Below are positions 34,488 through 46,980 of a DNA stretch of 64,000 bases, piece after piece; position 1 is the first letter of the stretch, and each line of letters begins with the position of its first letter. The stretch is taken from assembly GCA_965112155.1 (NCBI GenBank), contig OZ218099.1. One strand, written 5' to 3'. This DNA comes from Podarcis liolepis. Lineage: Eukaryota. The translations under genes were made by a program, and so were the position numbers. A model generated the notes under the pieces. That model did no database searches. It was not told where the DNA came from and saw only the letters and a program-made list of their open reading frames with translations.

Positions 34488-37400
34488 TCATGCTACTGTT
34501 TAAAAAGACTCTGTTACTGAAAATTCTGTGTGTGCCTGTTTTTCTGTGTCCAAGACAGAGTCCTAGCTTGGGGTGGCGGGGGGCAGGGGGAGGCTAGCCA
34601 GGTTTTCTGCCCCAGGTGAAGCCTCCAGACGGGCCTCACTGAGGCTCCCAGCCCATGTGTGTGTGTGTACGCAAATGTGCATGGGGGTTACCAAACTGGG
34701 TCTTTGACCCGGATAAAATAAAGCCTAGTTTTGCTGCTGTCCAAGGAAGCCTAGTCATTTCTCCAAACATTTAAGAGCTCAAAAGGGTCTGTCCTTCATT
34801 GACACAACTACATTGCTGGCCACCCACTGCCTTAAATTGCTTCTGTTATCCCGGTGGAGCTTCCTTGAGACTGTCAGCCTTAGATAGGATGCCTCTGCTG
34901 TCTTCGTCCTGTGATGCAAGACAGTAACCAAGCCTGATCTAGAAGGGCATTGTCTCACTCCTCCAATCCTTTGCTTCTCACATCTTGTGCCCATTCAGAC
35001 AACATATATCATTCTAGATACCAAGAACCTCCATCTACCAGTTGGCACACAGGATCTACAACCCCTGTGATAGACTTGTGATCAGTCAGCAGCTTCAGAA
35101 GACATGGACAAGACAGAATTGCAGTCATTTCCAAGTTTATTTTCTTATCACAGACACTTCAGCAGTCTTCCAGTTTGACCAACTTACCTGTTGTCAATAG
35201 TGTACTTATTATCAGCAAATTTTGTCTGTTTACCAGGCCTAGAATTACTATTTTAATGCCTGGTTTCACGTTTAGCCAGGCACAACTTTCACTCTGGGGG
35301 GAAAACACACAGAGACATATTTGAACAACCAATTAATGCTGAATTCCTATGCATGTTTACTTGGGTGTAAGCTCCACTGTAAGCAATGGAGCCTACTCTT
35401 CAGTAAGCATGTTCAGGATTGCAGCATATGGCCCAGTGAACTTGGTGATGAAGTAAACCTGATTAGGATCATACTGCAAGAAAATATAACCTTAAGCCCA
35501 TTATTTCATACATTTAGGTAACAATTCTAACCATGGTTCTCTGGGAGTAAGCCCCTTTGGATTCAGTAGGCCTTACTTCTGAATAGATATGGCTAGGATT
35601 GCTCTGTTTCTGAAGTTTAAGCACATGCTTAATTCCCAGTGTTTTGCTGCGAGTTAAGCAAATGTCCTAAATCCATTCATTTATTATGAGAGGCCCTGAA
35701 AAAAATGCAGTGTCAGATGAAGGGGTGGCATCTGCATTACACCTACAGTAAGCAGACTCAGAAGATGATCTCACATATATGCAACCACATGCCACTGACC
35801 ATTACAAGAGGTCAAGGAAACACTTCCAGTGTTGTTAATGTCCTCCCTTCCCCCCTCCACTAGGTAAGTATGCTGCCTTTACTTCTTTGAATTACTACTG
35901 GTGTTGTTTTGCAACTGGTACTTAAGGCCTTGTTTTTGAGGTGGTTGCATTAAATCTGCCATCCAGCAGAGCTGAAATCCTAGTGGTTAAATAGGTACGT
36001 CAAAAGATACAACTGGGTGTAAGGTTTCTTGCAGCAATCAAACTGGGGGTTGATTTTGCAGGTATGAAAGAGTTTACTCATATCTAGAAAAGCTGCTGAA
36101 GCTATGATTTCTTCCTTTCTTCTGAAACCTGTGCTATGTGCTGGCACATCTACACAAATGGCTTACACAACATTCTTGCAATAGTTATATGCTGTTGTGC
36201 TACAGCTAGTCACGCCCAATTCTAAATGTGCATAAACTGGCATAGCAGGTCCTGGGACCAGGCCACAAACCTGATGGTTTATTTGCTAAATAAGGAGGAA
36301 GCAGTAATAGAAAGACCTATTGTCAACCAGCTACCAGTACTGTATTTGATGGGCACATTCCTTTCTCTTTGCTACATTGATATTACATTTTCTCCCTGTC
36401 TTATTCTGTTTCCAAGCATACTGCCATTAGTGTATTTCTGCTATGTTTATATTACCGTATAAAAGGAAGAGGACCTGGCACTATGTAGATCTGCTTCATT
36501 TTACCAGGTTCTAAAAGTAACATTGAATTTAAGCTCCAACAGTAAAGAGGCATGTGGGGAAGGGGAATCCCATGACGCTCTCACTTGTCTCTCTAGATCA
36601 TTTTGATGCTGGTGTGTTCCATTTAAAAGAATAATCGGCAAATGGCTTATTATCAAGAAAAAGTTATTTGTTTGCACTAATCAAGCCTTAAACTTGGAAG
36701 CGTAATGCAGAACTAATTCCTTTTAACTAACTAATCAACATGTTTCATTCATAAGTTGGGATTTATCAATATAGCACATGAAAGGAGAGAACATATTATT
36801 ATTTCAATTTAGATAATATGCAAAAAGCACTGTGTTTGTAATGACCTGCTTTCACTGAATATAATCAAGCTGCAAAGCTCTATTACAGGCTGGAAATAGC
36901 AGCAGCTTACTTTAATGAGATTGCTGGCTCTGGGCCCCAGCTGTTCTGTGCAGGGCTGTCCCCTTGCTCTATGACCTACCAATATGTGCTGTCACCAGTA
37001 ATGAGACAGACCTGGTTCCCTAACATGGGGGGAGAAAACTACTAAGCATGTGCTCTTTCTACCATCCCAGCAGACACCCCAGATTCTTTTTCTCCCCAAT
37101 GAAGGGAAAAGTGGAATATTAAACATGCAACCACTCTCTTCCACAAGCCGGCCTTTGTTGCCTGAAATAAACCCTGCAAGCCAGAAGATCCAGAATCTTA
37201 AGCCTAAGATTTTCATTTTGCTGCTCCAAAGTGCATTTAAGAATTGCTACTTACCGGGTATTATGTGCCGTTATATGCCAATAGGGCACAGTTCAATATG
37301 GCTTTGTCCCCAAAGGCTCCTGAACCCTCTGGCATTTTGCAATGTATGGCAAAACGTGTGATTATACACATTTTAGAGTGGGGTGTGAATTCTATGGATT

Positions 37401-40400
37401 CAAAAGCTGCAATGGAAATGTGCCAGGAGTTGAAAAATCTGCACCTGATCTGCATAAAACACAGCAGACTGCAGATGCTCTGGTTGTTAATACAGAGAAT
37501 ACAGCCTAGAGACTACCAGTCCCATCAAGCAATTATCCATCTTCATCAGAGAAGCTGCCTCAGTATGATCAAGAGAGAATCTAGGATTTTCAGGCATGTA
37601 GCCTCTGAATGCTCCAGCGTTGAAATCTGACATTAGAGACTCTTTAAAGGCTTTGCTGTAAAACATCGAGATAAACAGGCCGTAATGTATATGCAATTCA
37701 CAAAACCTTCATGCCTATGTTACATTGGGGTGCATTCTGAAAAAAACCTAATGCAACACTATTTTAGTTTGCTGTTTCATTTGCTTTGTATCTGCAGAAA
37801 GTTATACCCTCCCACCACACACTTAGCTGCAAGCTTATATCCGCTTACTTGGGAGTAAGTGCCATTCAACTCAACGCAGCTTACCTCTGTGAGTAGACAT
37901 ACAGTGCTGGACATCACTGGTACATAAGATCAAAACAGTATTCTGTAGTTTTATCCCAGATATATTTGCTAAGGCTGATTGGGATGGGATGCTTCCGTGG
38001 AATTAATTGCCAGACTTTATGTACATCGATGTGAGTACCACCACTCTTAAAATGCTACCTATTTCTGGGTCTAAATTATTTATGCATTTGTTATATATTA
38101 CATGAGCTGTTAAACCTGGGGCATTTTTGCCGCGTCAGGCCATTCTCAAGAAGCACATTACATACAATGAATCTCTTCCACTACATTAAAGAACGGGCAA
38201 ATACAACTGCATGTGATACCATTCATTAATATTACATAATTACTACATCTGAAATAGTTCTTTGGGCACTGATGTCTTTAAAAGAGAGAGGGGGGAGGGA
38301 GGGAGGAAGGGAGAGAAAGAGACTGAAAGCTGCAAGGCAGTGAATTCTATTAAACGCTTGTTTAACATATGAGGGTATATAAATACATAGTACCTTAATG
38401 CAATCATAGAAAAATAGCAAAGATGACTTTATTAAATGATGCTATTAGCACATATAATGTGCCCTATGCAGAATTTAAATGGTTTACTGAGCTTATAGAA
38501 CAAGTCTTTGCTGTTGCAGTGGATGATCAGAGACACAACATAATGCAGGAATCCAGATCTGCAATTCCAGTTTGCCTCAGACAAAAGGCTGTGAGTGTTT
38601 AAGAGAGATCACTTATAGCGTTGCTGTGGTCTAAGGCGGCAATCCTACACACCCATTCATAAACACCCACAGACACTTAGCTAGGAGGTAGATCACCATG
38701 AACAAAATGGGATGGCCCCCACCAACCAGCAAGTAAAACATGCCTAGGACTGCACTGGAAAATATGCAATTTGGAAACAAAAGATTTTCCTTAAATTTGG
38801 TCTATTCTATATTAGCTACTGCTTGGTTGCCTGGAGATAACTCAATCAGAGATAGCTGAGGGAGGAGAAAGTGAATGATGCTGAGTCTTTTCTTCTGTCA
38901 GATGTCCTTTCTACCATTGTACACAAAGACTACTTGTCATACGTGGCATATTAGAGATGTCACTCAGAAATATGAAAGATGAACATAGTGGCCTCCCAGC
39001 CCAAGCTGCGCTTGACCACCCAAAAAATGGCTACAGAGTTTCAGCCACCAAATAACGACTACTTCAAACATTGGAAACTTCAACTATAGAAAACTGATTT
39101 GGTCTACAAAAGAAATGGATGCTTAGTTTATCCGAACACATGCCCCCACTCCAATATGGCACTCCTTTATTTCTAGGCTAAGAAGATTGGGTCCTTTCAT
39201 ATTTGTAGAATAGGAGGCTGTATTTTAAAACAAATAAAATGATAAAATCAGCAAAACAAAACACAGTTAAAGAAGCATATGTGGCCACTATCAGCAATTG
39301 AGAAGTCATGTGGTTGTTTTATCTGCACTATGCTGACTGACAAGGCCAAGGGCTCGGCTTTCCTCAAGCCAGATGATACTCTGACAGTTGTAATCCACAA
39401 AGGTAACTCAAGTCGCCTTCCCCCTGGCTTGAAAGGAAAGGCGCCTTTTGAGAGACCATCTTTATTCAAAGAGTCTCCATCTTGAAGGGAGATGATATTG
39501 GAAGTTTATGATGGAAGTGGAATGTCTGTTAACAGAACATTAGCAGTCATGGATATTGTAACAGAGGTCTGAGAAAGGCCTAGGTAGCAAATATATTTGC
39601 AAGGTAGATTTTTGAGGACATACTTTATAATTTTTTTTTTTAACCTTCTGAAGCAACATAGTCATGGCTGTGTTTGCAAGGAAAAACCCTTGTCTTGCAT
39701 TGACAGCAGGTGGCACCTGGCAGTAGCCATGTGTCCTAGCTCCTGAGCCCAAGTCTAGTTTGTCAGGTCAGGGGGTTAAGGTGCTGGGCATTTTTCTGGG
39801 GAAATACATTGAATGGAGTGTGCTATGTAACTTAAGTAAGGAAGGTAGTTGGTGCAACATAAAACAGGATTCTGACAAAACCTGCTGTTGTGCAACATTC
39901 CAAAGAGAACCGAAAAAGGATTTTACTTTAAGAAAACCTGCCAATAGCATGTTAGGCCCAGTCGCGAGGCAACTTCACTGGGCACTTACACAGGTAAGTG
40001 TAGACACAGTCCTGAAGTGTCTTCCTGTGAAGATATCCTGATATGTGGGAGGTGACCCCAGCATGTACACACAGTGAACTATGTGCATTTGTTAACGGCA
40101 AGGGATGGTTATAGCATTTCCTACGTAGAAGTGAATCCCATATAAGAATTTAGTTATATATTATATGAACCTGAGAGTTCTAAGGCAGCATTCTGGCAGG
40201 TAAGAGGAACTTGGGTGGCTGAAACCAGTCCCAAACTTGACCCAGGAGCAGAGGGAGCAGCCTTATACTAAGACAGAAAATTGCTCCATCTAACCTAGTT
40301 TCACTATGTCAACAAGCCATGGCTCTTCGTGGTCTTAGATGGAGGTCTTTCATATTTCCTGCTACCTGGTCAGGTTTTGCAACAATCTCAACCATAAGAG

Positions 40401-43400
40401 ATTTCAGCAGAAATTGATAAATGGACCCTTATTGGCATTCTTCCCATTCACCTTGGAGAACAAGGTGGAAAACTGTACTGTAAAGATCTATCTCAACTCC
40501 AAAGTTCTCTTTAGCCCTTTCTCTCTGTTACTGCCTTGTGTCCACACACAACTTCATTGGACAGGTGTGGATACATCCACTCCCCATTCTCAATAACGCC
40601 TACATCTGTTTTCAAACAGAGACATGTGGAGCAATGCAGAATCAATTGGCAATGAGCTTTTATTTTCGGAATGAAACCACTTGGTCAAGAAGTGATTTTC
40701 AGGGGAGAAAGATACATCTAGTGAACACTGGATGAACACGGCTGCAACAGTGAACATGGAGCATGTGCACAATTTCCTACAAGAAACCGATAGCTATGTA
40801 TGAAATTTGCCATGTATAAAAACGGCACTTAAAGTTTTGCTTGGAGGTTTGCATCAGAGGGGAGAAAATACAAATACAGAAAAGATGTTAACACTGTTAA
40901 ATGAATGTTGAATTACTGAATATTCATAGCGGACACTGCCTTTCCCCAGGTACATGATCCATCTTTTTCACTGCCGTGCTTTAAGAAACATGGAATGTCT
41001 GGTTTGAATAAACATTCAAGAATTGGCTCTAGCATTCCTGGCAAGAAAATGGGGTTTGTGTGCAAGGAATGCATGAACATCTACATGCACACTTTATTTG
41101 TGTGATTTTACTAACAGAATTTTTACAGAATATTTGTGGAATAGTTTGAGGGATTTTGTGATATGTATACAGGTGTTGGTGGGAACAGAGAATAAAAGAA
41201 GGGGAGTTGAAGTGGGCTGGAGCAGATAGGAATGACGAGAAGTGGAACAGGGTAGTACGTCATGGGGGATAAAGATGCATCTGGCACAGTGTCAAGGTAC
41301 AAAGGTTTGCTCCAGCTTTGCAAAGTCACTTTGCATAATAGAACTCTGGTTTACTAATCTTCCTGGCATACTGCAATATGCATCTACACTTGCAAGCTCT
41401 TTGGGATGGGCTGAGAAAAGGCTTTAAGGATTATTGGTTGTGGTTGTGGATTTTTTCCCCCTTTTGCAGTTGTCATGCAAACAGCTTCTCCTCCTAGTAT
41501 TCAAGGGCTACTGATTTCTGCACTAAGCACACGAACACATCAACAATCGAATCTGAAAGCAGAAAATCCAAATGCCCTGTTTTGTGTTACTAAATTTAGT
41601 CTAGTTACAATATCTGGGGATTTGCACAGTACTGCTGCTATATTCTTCCCCAAATGATGAGTGGTTCCAGGGGCAATGCTACAAGGTTTAGCTTCCATTG
41701 GAAACTTATGGCACAATTGTAATATCTGCCTTGTTTATACAGTAGATGCACAAGCACAGTATAAGTGGAGGTGAGCAGGCATTCCAACAGCAGGCAGCAA
41801 ATGCAGTACCCCATGCATCAGATTTCCAGAGAGCAGTTGTTGTATCTTTTTCTCTAAGAGTTTACCACAGTTTAATCAATTTTAGCAAAAGGTTCAGTGA
41901 TCTCGCTTCACCAAATCTGCAGTTCAATCCTACAAGTGCCTAGAAGTAAGGGCCACTGAGTTCAGCCTCAGACACTTTAGCCATAGTGATAGATCAGTCA
42001 AAGTAATCAAAATGCCAAAAATGCATAAGAATGCAAGGTGGTTTTTTTAAAAAAAGCAGTGGCTAAGATGGTGTAACAGAAGTTATGAAATGAGCAAAGG
42101 AGTTGTGAACTTTCCATTTGGATTGGCATGTGAAGGAAGATGGAGAATTGTAGGAGATACAGGTGGCCTTGGGGAGACTAAACACACACTGAGATTCACA
42201 CCCATCCAATATTGCACTTCCCTGCTGTCACTTGTGCCTTATCTTCTGAAAATATGGTGAAAAAGAGATGTAGAAGCCAAATCAAAATATGATTTACTAC
42301 CTATGCGGTGGTATTTAGTAAGGGCACTTCCAGTTTGTCAATCATTTTCGGGTGGGATTCAATCACATACCAGCAAATTCAGGTTGCACTAATAGAGTAG
42401 TGTGCAGTAAATCCTCTTCCTCAAAAGACTGGACTTTTTGCAATAAGGAAAGTGATGGGAAAATGCACTGGATGTGGGATTACATCTGCTTGGACATCAC
42501 TGCGAGCAAATCAGAATGAATGCTCATCAAATAGCCAATGTCACCTAATCGTTCCACAAACAAATCAAGCTGAATGCTCAACAAACGGGTCATCTAGAAG
42601 CACCCTGTACCAAGTCAGGTGAGAACCTTTGAAAACTGAACAGTAATAAATTGCATATTGTTGGTGAAGCAGGGGGGGGGGGGGCAGAAGCAGGTCAAGG
42701 ATTTTAGGGTAAGCAAGTGCTACTGCTAGTGCAAAATGGCTGCTTGTAAAACATGCTATAGATGTGGAATGCTATGAGTGATCAGTATGATGCCTTATAT
42801 TTACTTTTATCTGATGGTTTTAAAGAACCTTTAGAGTTGCTTTTGCTGGACAACAGCAGGCGGGTCCTGCCATTGATGGCAACAATGTACAGCCTAAACC
42901 AGCAAATGTTTTCTTGAAAGTAAATCTCGATGAGGTCAAAGGATCCTTGTAGGAAAAGCAAGAGTGTGCTGCAGTCTGGTTTTACCATTTTTAGAAACCA
43001 GAACATATGAGAATTACTTTCTTACACAAAACTCCTACACAACATACTGCTAGGAACTCGGCTTTCTGCTGCAACAAGAGGATGAAAACTCCATTGTATA
43101 TTTGTTAATTTTTGTGTGCAAGTCTTGTTCCTTTATGTAAGAACTGTTATTTAAATAAATCTGAATGTATTGCCACTTTTTGAATATGGGAATTATTTCT
43201 GGGCGAAAAATACCAGGTCATAAAATGCAGTGAGATGAATAAATTTGGTACCAGAATATTCGGTTTTTGAATCTCCAAAAATGGAAGACTTTTTCAGAAT
43301 TGCTTGAAGATCATGTGTTTAATTTTATCTTTTGCATATACACGTTTAAATTTGCAATTTATATGGGGGGGGGGGAATCCACTGCTCTACTTATTCAGTG

Positions 43401-44189
43401 CAGCTTACATACAAATAACAGCATAGGAAGCTGTAGGTCAGACTATTTGGCCCTGTATTGGCAAGTATTAGCTTTGTAGGTACGATTGCAGGCAGAACTC
43501 TGGACCATCATCGGCTGTTTGGTCCTTTGGAGATAAGAGATTGAACTTGGAACCTACAGCATGCAAAACATAAATTATACCACTTAAAGTCCCTGCTGCC
43601 CTTAGAACTGCAACCTTAAATGCTCCACTTTGTTTATGCAGTGCAAAGAGGAGATCCCTGCTCTCAACGTTTTTATTTTTATCATTATAATCAGGGTGAC
43701 AGCACTGGCATAGCATAGCCAGGATTTAGGGGGGGGGGAGGGAGGATCAATGTTTTGGGGGCAGAACTGAGCTATCTTTGATGTGTTTGGTCAGTTAGTT
43801 AAGCATTTTAATTTATTTACTTTATGGGGGGGCGCTGCCCACCTTGCCCATCTTTCACTACACCCAGGGGTGGCAGCTTCCTTGTGGCCTACTAAATGCT
43901 CATCATTGAAGACGTTTCTAATTTCTCTTAAGGCTAGGATTACTGTCCATGCAGTCAGAGGTAGCGTGTAAAGTCACATTTCTTTGCACTCAACCTCCCT
44001 TGAGTGACAACGACATACTTCGTCCTTGTGATCGGGTCAGGGGGATCCATCCATGCACCTCACTCAACAGAAGCACTGGCTAGCGATGCCTTAGTCAAAT
44101 GTGTTTTTGCCCCCTTTACATTCCCCCGATGGCTTCCCTTGGTGAGCCACCCTCCCCCTCCCGCACCTTAGCTGTCTGCACTAGGAGGG

Positions 44190-45120
44190 GTCCCTACTCT
44201 CTTCTTCCGAGCAGATGGTGCCTTGGCTGAGATCGGTCCCTCACTCCCTGCCCCGGGGGCTGCCAGGAGCCGGCTCCTCCTCTCTCTGGGCTAGCAGGTG
44301 TGTCTCCCGGCAACCCTCGGAGGGGCTTGCCACGGAGGCCATGCTTCCCTGCCACCTCCTCGGTCACACTGGTCTCTTTCGCAAGAGCCAGTAGGTAAGG
44401 CACGAGCTGCCCTTTCAAGGGTCTCTTCCCTCCCCCTCCCCCCTCCTTTCCACTTTCATGCTGCCGTTCCTGCTTCCTCCTTTCTTTCGGGTCAGAAGGA
44501 GGGTTTCTCCCGCTAGCTCTCCTAACGACAAGGTAACATTGCCCTCCAACTCCTCCGAGGGGAGGAGAGGAGCAGAGGCAAGGCTTGTACCCCCAAACAG
44601 ACGGCCCTCGTCTCCTCTTCCTGCCACCTTCAGGCTGCCTCCCCCCTCCCCATCTTGCAACCCCAGCGTAGTGGTGGGCGCTCTCTCCCGGCTCCCTTTT
44701 GCGGATCCCAGCCCCGCCGCCTTCCTGCTTGCATCCGGGGTTGCCGGCGCTGCAGATGCGCTCAGGGCCAGAAGCAGCCTCGGTTTTCTGCCAGATCCGG
44801 CGAGGAGGGCGCAGCCCGGCCCTGCGGTTGGCAAGAGCCACGTATAAGTTTGAAAGTCATGCCGCCCGTCGCCATGGCTAATCTTTGATCACCCTAACGC
44901 ACCGACAAAGGCGTGCTGGCATTTAAAGGAACCCTGGCCCTCGCAAGTTTCAAGCCGTCTGTTCAGCGACAGCACAGAGAGGCGTTAACCCTGGATAGGA
45001 TTCATAAGTAAATTGTTAAGCTGCCAACGGCGATTTCCGTCTTTGGTACGTATGTGCCAAACATGTGCCTTTTCGTGTTGCGGTAATAGATACATGCGGG
45101 GGGCATGAGAGGTCGGTCCA
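44190..45120. promoter_or_regulatory. Second CpG-rich block 1-2 kb upstream of the CPEB4 promoter
   Basis: GC/CpG-rich with no TIRs or TSDs. RFX-like GTCGCCATGGCTAA near 44868. Overlapping ORFs are low-complexity and unrecognisable. Confidence 0.5.
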
Positions 45121-45749
45121 TAAGGGAATGTTTGGTTAGCTGAAAAGTACGGTTATCACCAAATGGGACCAAACACGCCCACACAGCAAAGGAGGTGCCC
45201 TTTGGTTTTCTGTTGATGCAACATCTATAAGGACATAATTGGGTCTGGCCTGTTCTGTGGGTTCACAGAGCGCTCGCTGGTGCTTAGGCAAATCCTTTCT
45301 GTCTCATTTGGTTTGCACCTTCTTGCAGTAAAAATTGGCACCTGGAAGGGATCGACAGTCTCTCCCCGCAACGAGTCTTTTCTTCTTCACCCTTTCTCCA
45401 CTCTCCCCAAAGTCCCCGCAGGAGAGGAAGCTTAGTATTTCCAGCAAAATGACTTTTGTCGAGGTATTCTCAAGATCCTTGCAGTTTAAACTTCCTCATT
45501 GCCTCGAGCAGAGGCCGAAGGAGGAGAAACATGAACTGTCATGGAAGGCGAAACGTACAACATGTTCCTGTGGGGTGGCCTGAAATGAAAACTATTCTTT
45601 AAAAAAGCATTTTAAATAGCATTTTCTACCAATCTCACAACTTAAACTAGGGCCAACCTCTCTCTTAACTTCGATGCAGAGTTCTTCTTCGAATACGTGG
45701 TCGCCTATATATATTTAGGCGACCTATTCGAATAAACACTCTGCATCTA

Positions 45750-45868
45750 TATGTGCTGGAAATTAAACCTGCACCTGTCTCTTTCTCTCTCACACACATA
45801 CTTAATACATATATAAAGATATATAAATGCATATGTGTGTGTGATGCAGCTTTAATTTCCAGCACATA
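45750..45868. repeat. Inverted repeat (24-bp arms, 23/24 match) just upstream of the CPEB4 promoter
   Basis: TATGTGCTGGAAATTAAACCTGCA (45750-45773) versus TGCAGCTTTAATTTCCAGCACATA (45845-45868). Inner CACACACATA/TATGTGTGTG also pair. Confidence 0.85.
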
Positions 45869-45869
45869 A

Positions 45870-46271
45870 AACAAGCCAATCTTCAGTGAGCCCTTTAACC
45901 AATGATAAAACCTTAACATCTGCCATATTCAAAAATGGCTGTTTAAGCGAGGCCAACTATAATTTCACCTGTCACGGGAGTTTCCCCGACCTAAACCAAC
46001 ATGTCCGCCTTGGTTCGCTCTGAGGAAAAGAAAACTGCCCAAAACAAAGATGGCCACCGCGCCGAACAATTTCTGCCCTCATCCAAAAGGGCTGCCGACT
46101 CCCGCAGTCCCTCTTTTGGCTTAGGGAGAGGCGGCCTAGCGGCTGAGGAGAGGGAGGGGCGTGGCCGCTGCCAGGGAAGGGAGAGAGAGGGAGAGACGGG
46201 GGGGGGAGAAGAGGCGTGGCTTCTCTGAACCGGAAGTGCCGCGCTGCCTGTCTCCAGCTGGTTGTCATTTC
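45870..46271 (+). promoter_or_regulatory. CPEB4: Putative TATA-less CPEB4 promoter
   Basis: CCAAT at 45876 and 45899; YY1-like AAAATGGCTG (45932) and AAGATGGCC (46047); Sp/KLF GGGGCGTGGCC (46156) and GAGGCGTGGC (46211); ETS/GABP CCGGAAGTG (46230-46238); Inr match TCATTTC (46265-46271). The TSS is inferred, not observed. Confidence 0.72.
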
Positions 46272-46980
46272 GATCGGAGGCTCGGTCCTGTGGAGACGAC
46301 GACGACGACGGTGGCGGCGGCGGCGGCTGAGGCGGCCGGGCCGGAGTGGCGAACCGGCGGATCGACAGAGTAGCCCAGCGCCTCGTGACTAAACAGGAGC
46401 CCCCCCCGTCCTCCCGCCCGAGAAACAGTTGTGTTACATGAGGGGAAAAGAACGACGCCGGGAGGAGCCGAGGCGGAGGAGAAGCAGCCGCAGCCTCAGC
46501 AGCAGCCGCCGCAGCCCCGGAGCATCAGCAGCGGGAAGAAAGGCAGGACCCCTGGGAGCCGCCACCGCCGCCTCCCTCGCCGCCTCCTCCTCCACCCTCC
46601 GGAGCCAGGCTTGATATCGCCCCTCCCTGCTCTTTCGCCACCCAGCGATCCTCGTGACCCTCCCTCCCTTGAGAAACCGGCTCCCATGGGGGAGAGAGGA
46701 GCCCGGCCCCCCGCCAGCGCCATCCCCTCCCCGCCGGAGACTGCGCCCCTCCTGAGGTAAAAGTCCTTCTGCGGGGGTGGGGGTGAAATCCCTGCTCTCT
46801 TTCATCCCCCCCCCTTCCGAGGGAGCAAGGGCGGCATCAGCCCTATATTTTCCTCCTCACCTTCCCCCACCTTCGAAAGAGGTTCGTCTCTCTTCTCTCC
46901 AACCATCCCCCCCCCTTTCTAAATATTCTCAGTCCAAGGATCTGAGCCCGATCTCTCCCCCGCCCCCGCTGTCGCACAAT
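45970..46980. promoter_or_regulatory. CpG island over CPEB4 promoter and 5' leader
   Basis: Dense CpG and high GC against a CpG-depleted background. Includes (GAC)5-GGT-(GGC)5 at 46295-46327. Confidence 0.85.

Noticed and set aside
44194-44841. 215-aa minus-strand ORF and overlapping 129-139-aa ORFs
   Set aside because: Non-ATG or weak starts, Gly/Arg/Pro-rich, several frames open at once. This is typical of stop-poor GC-rich DNA, and no domain is recognisable.
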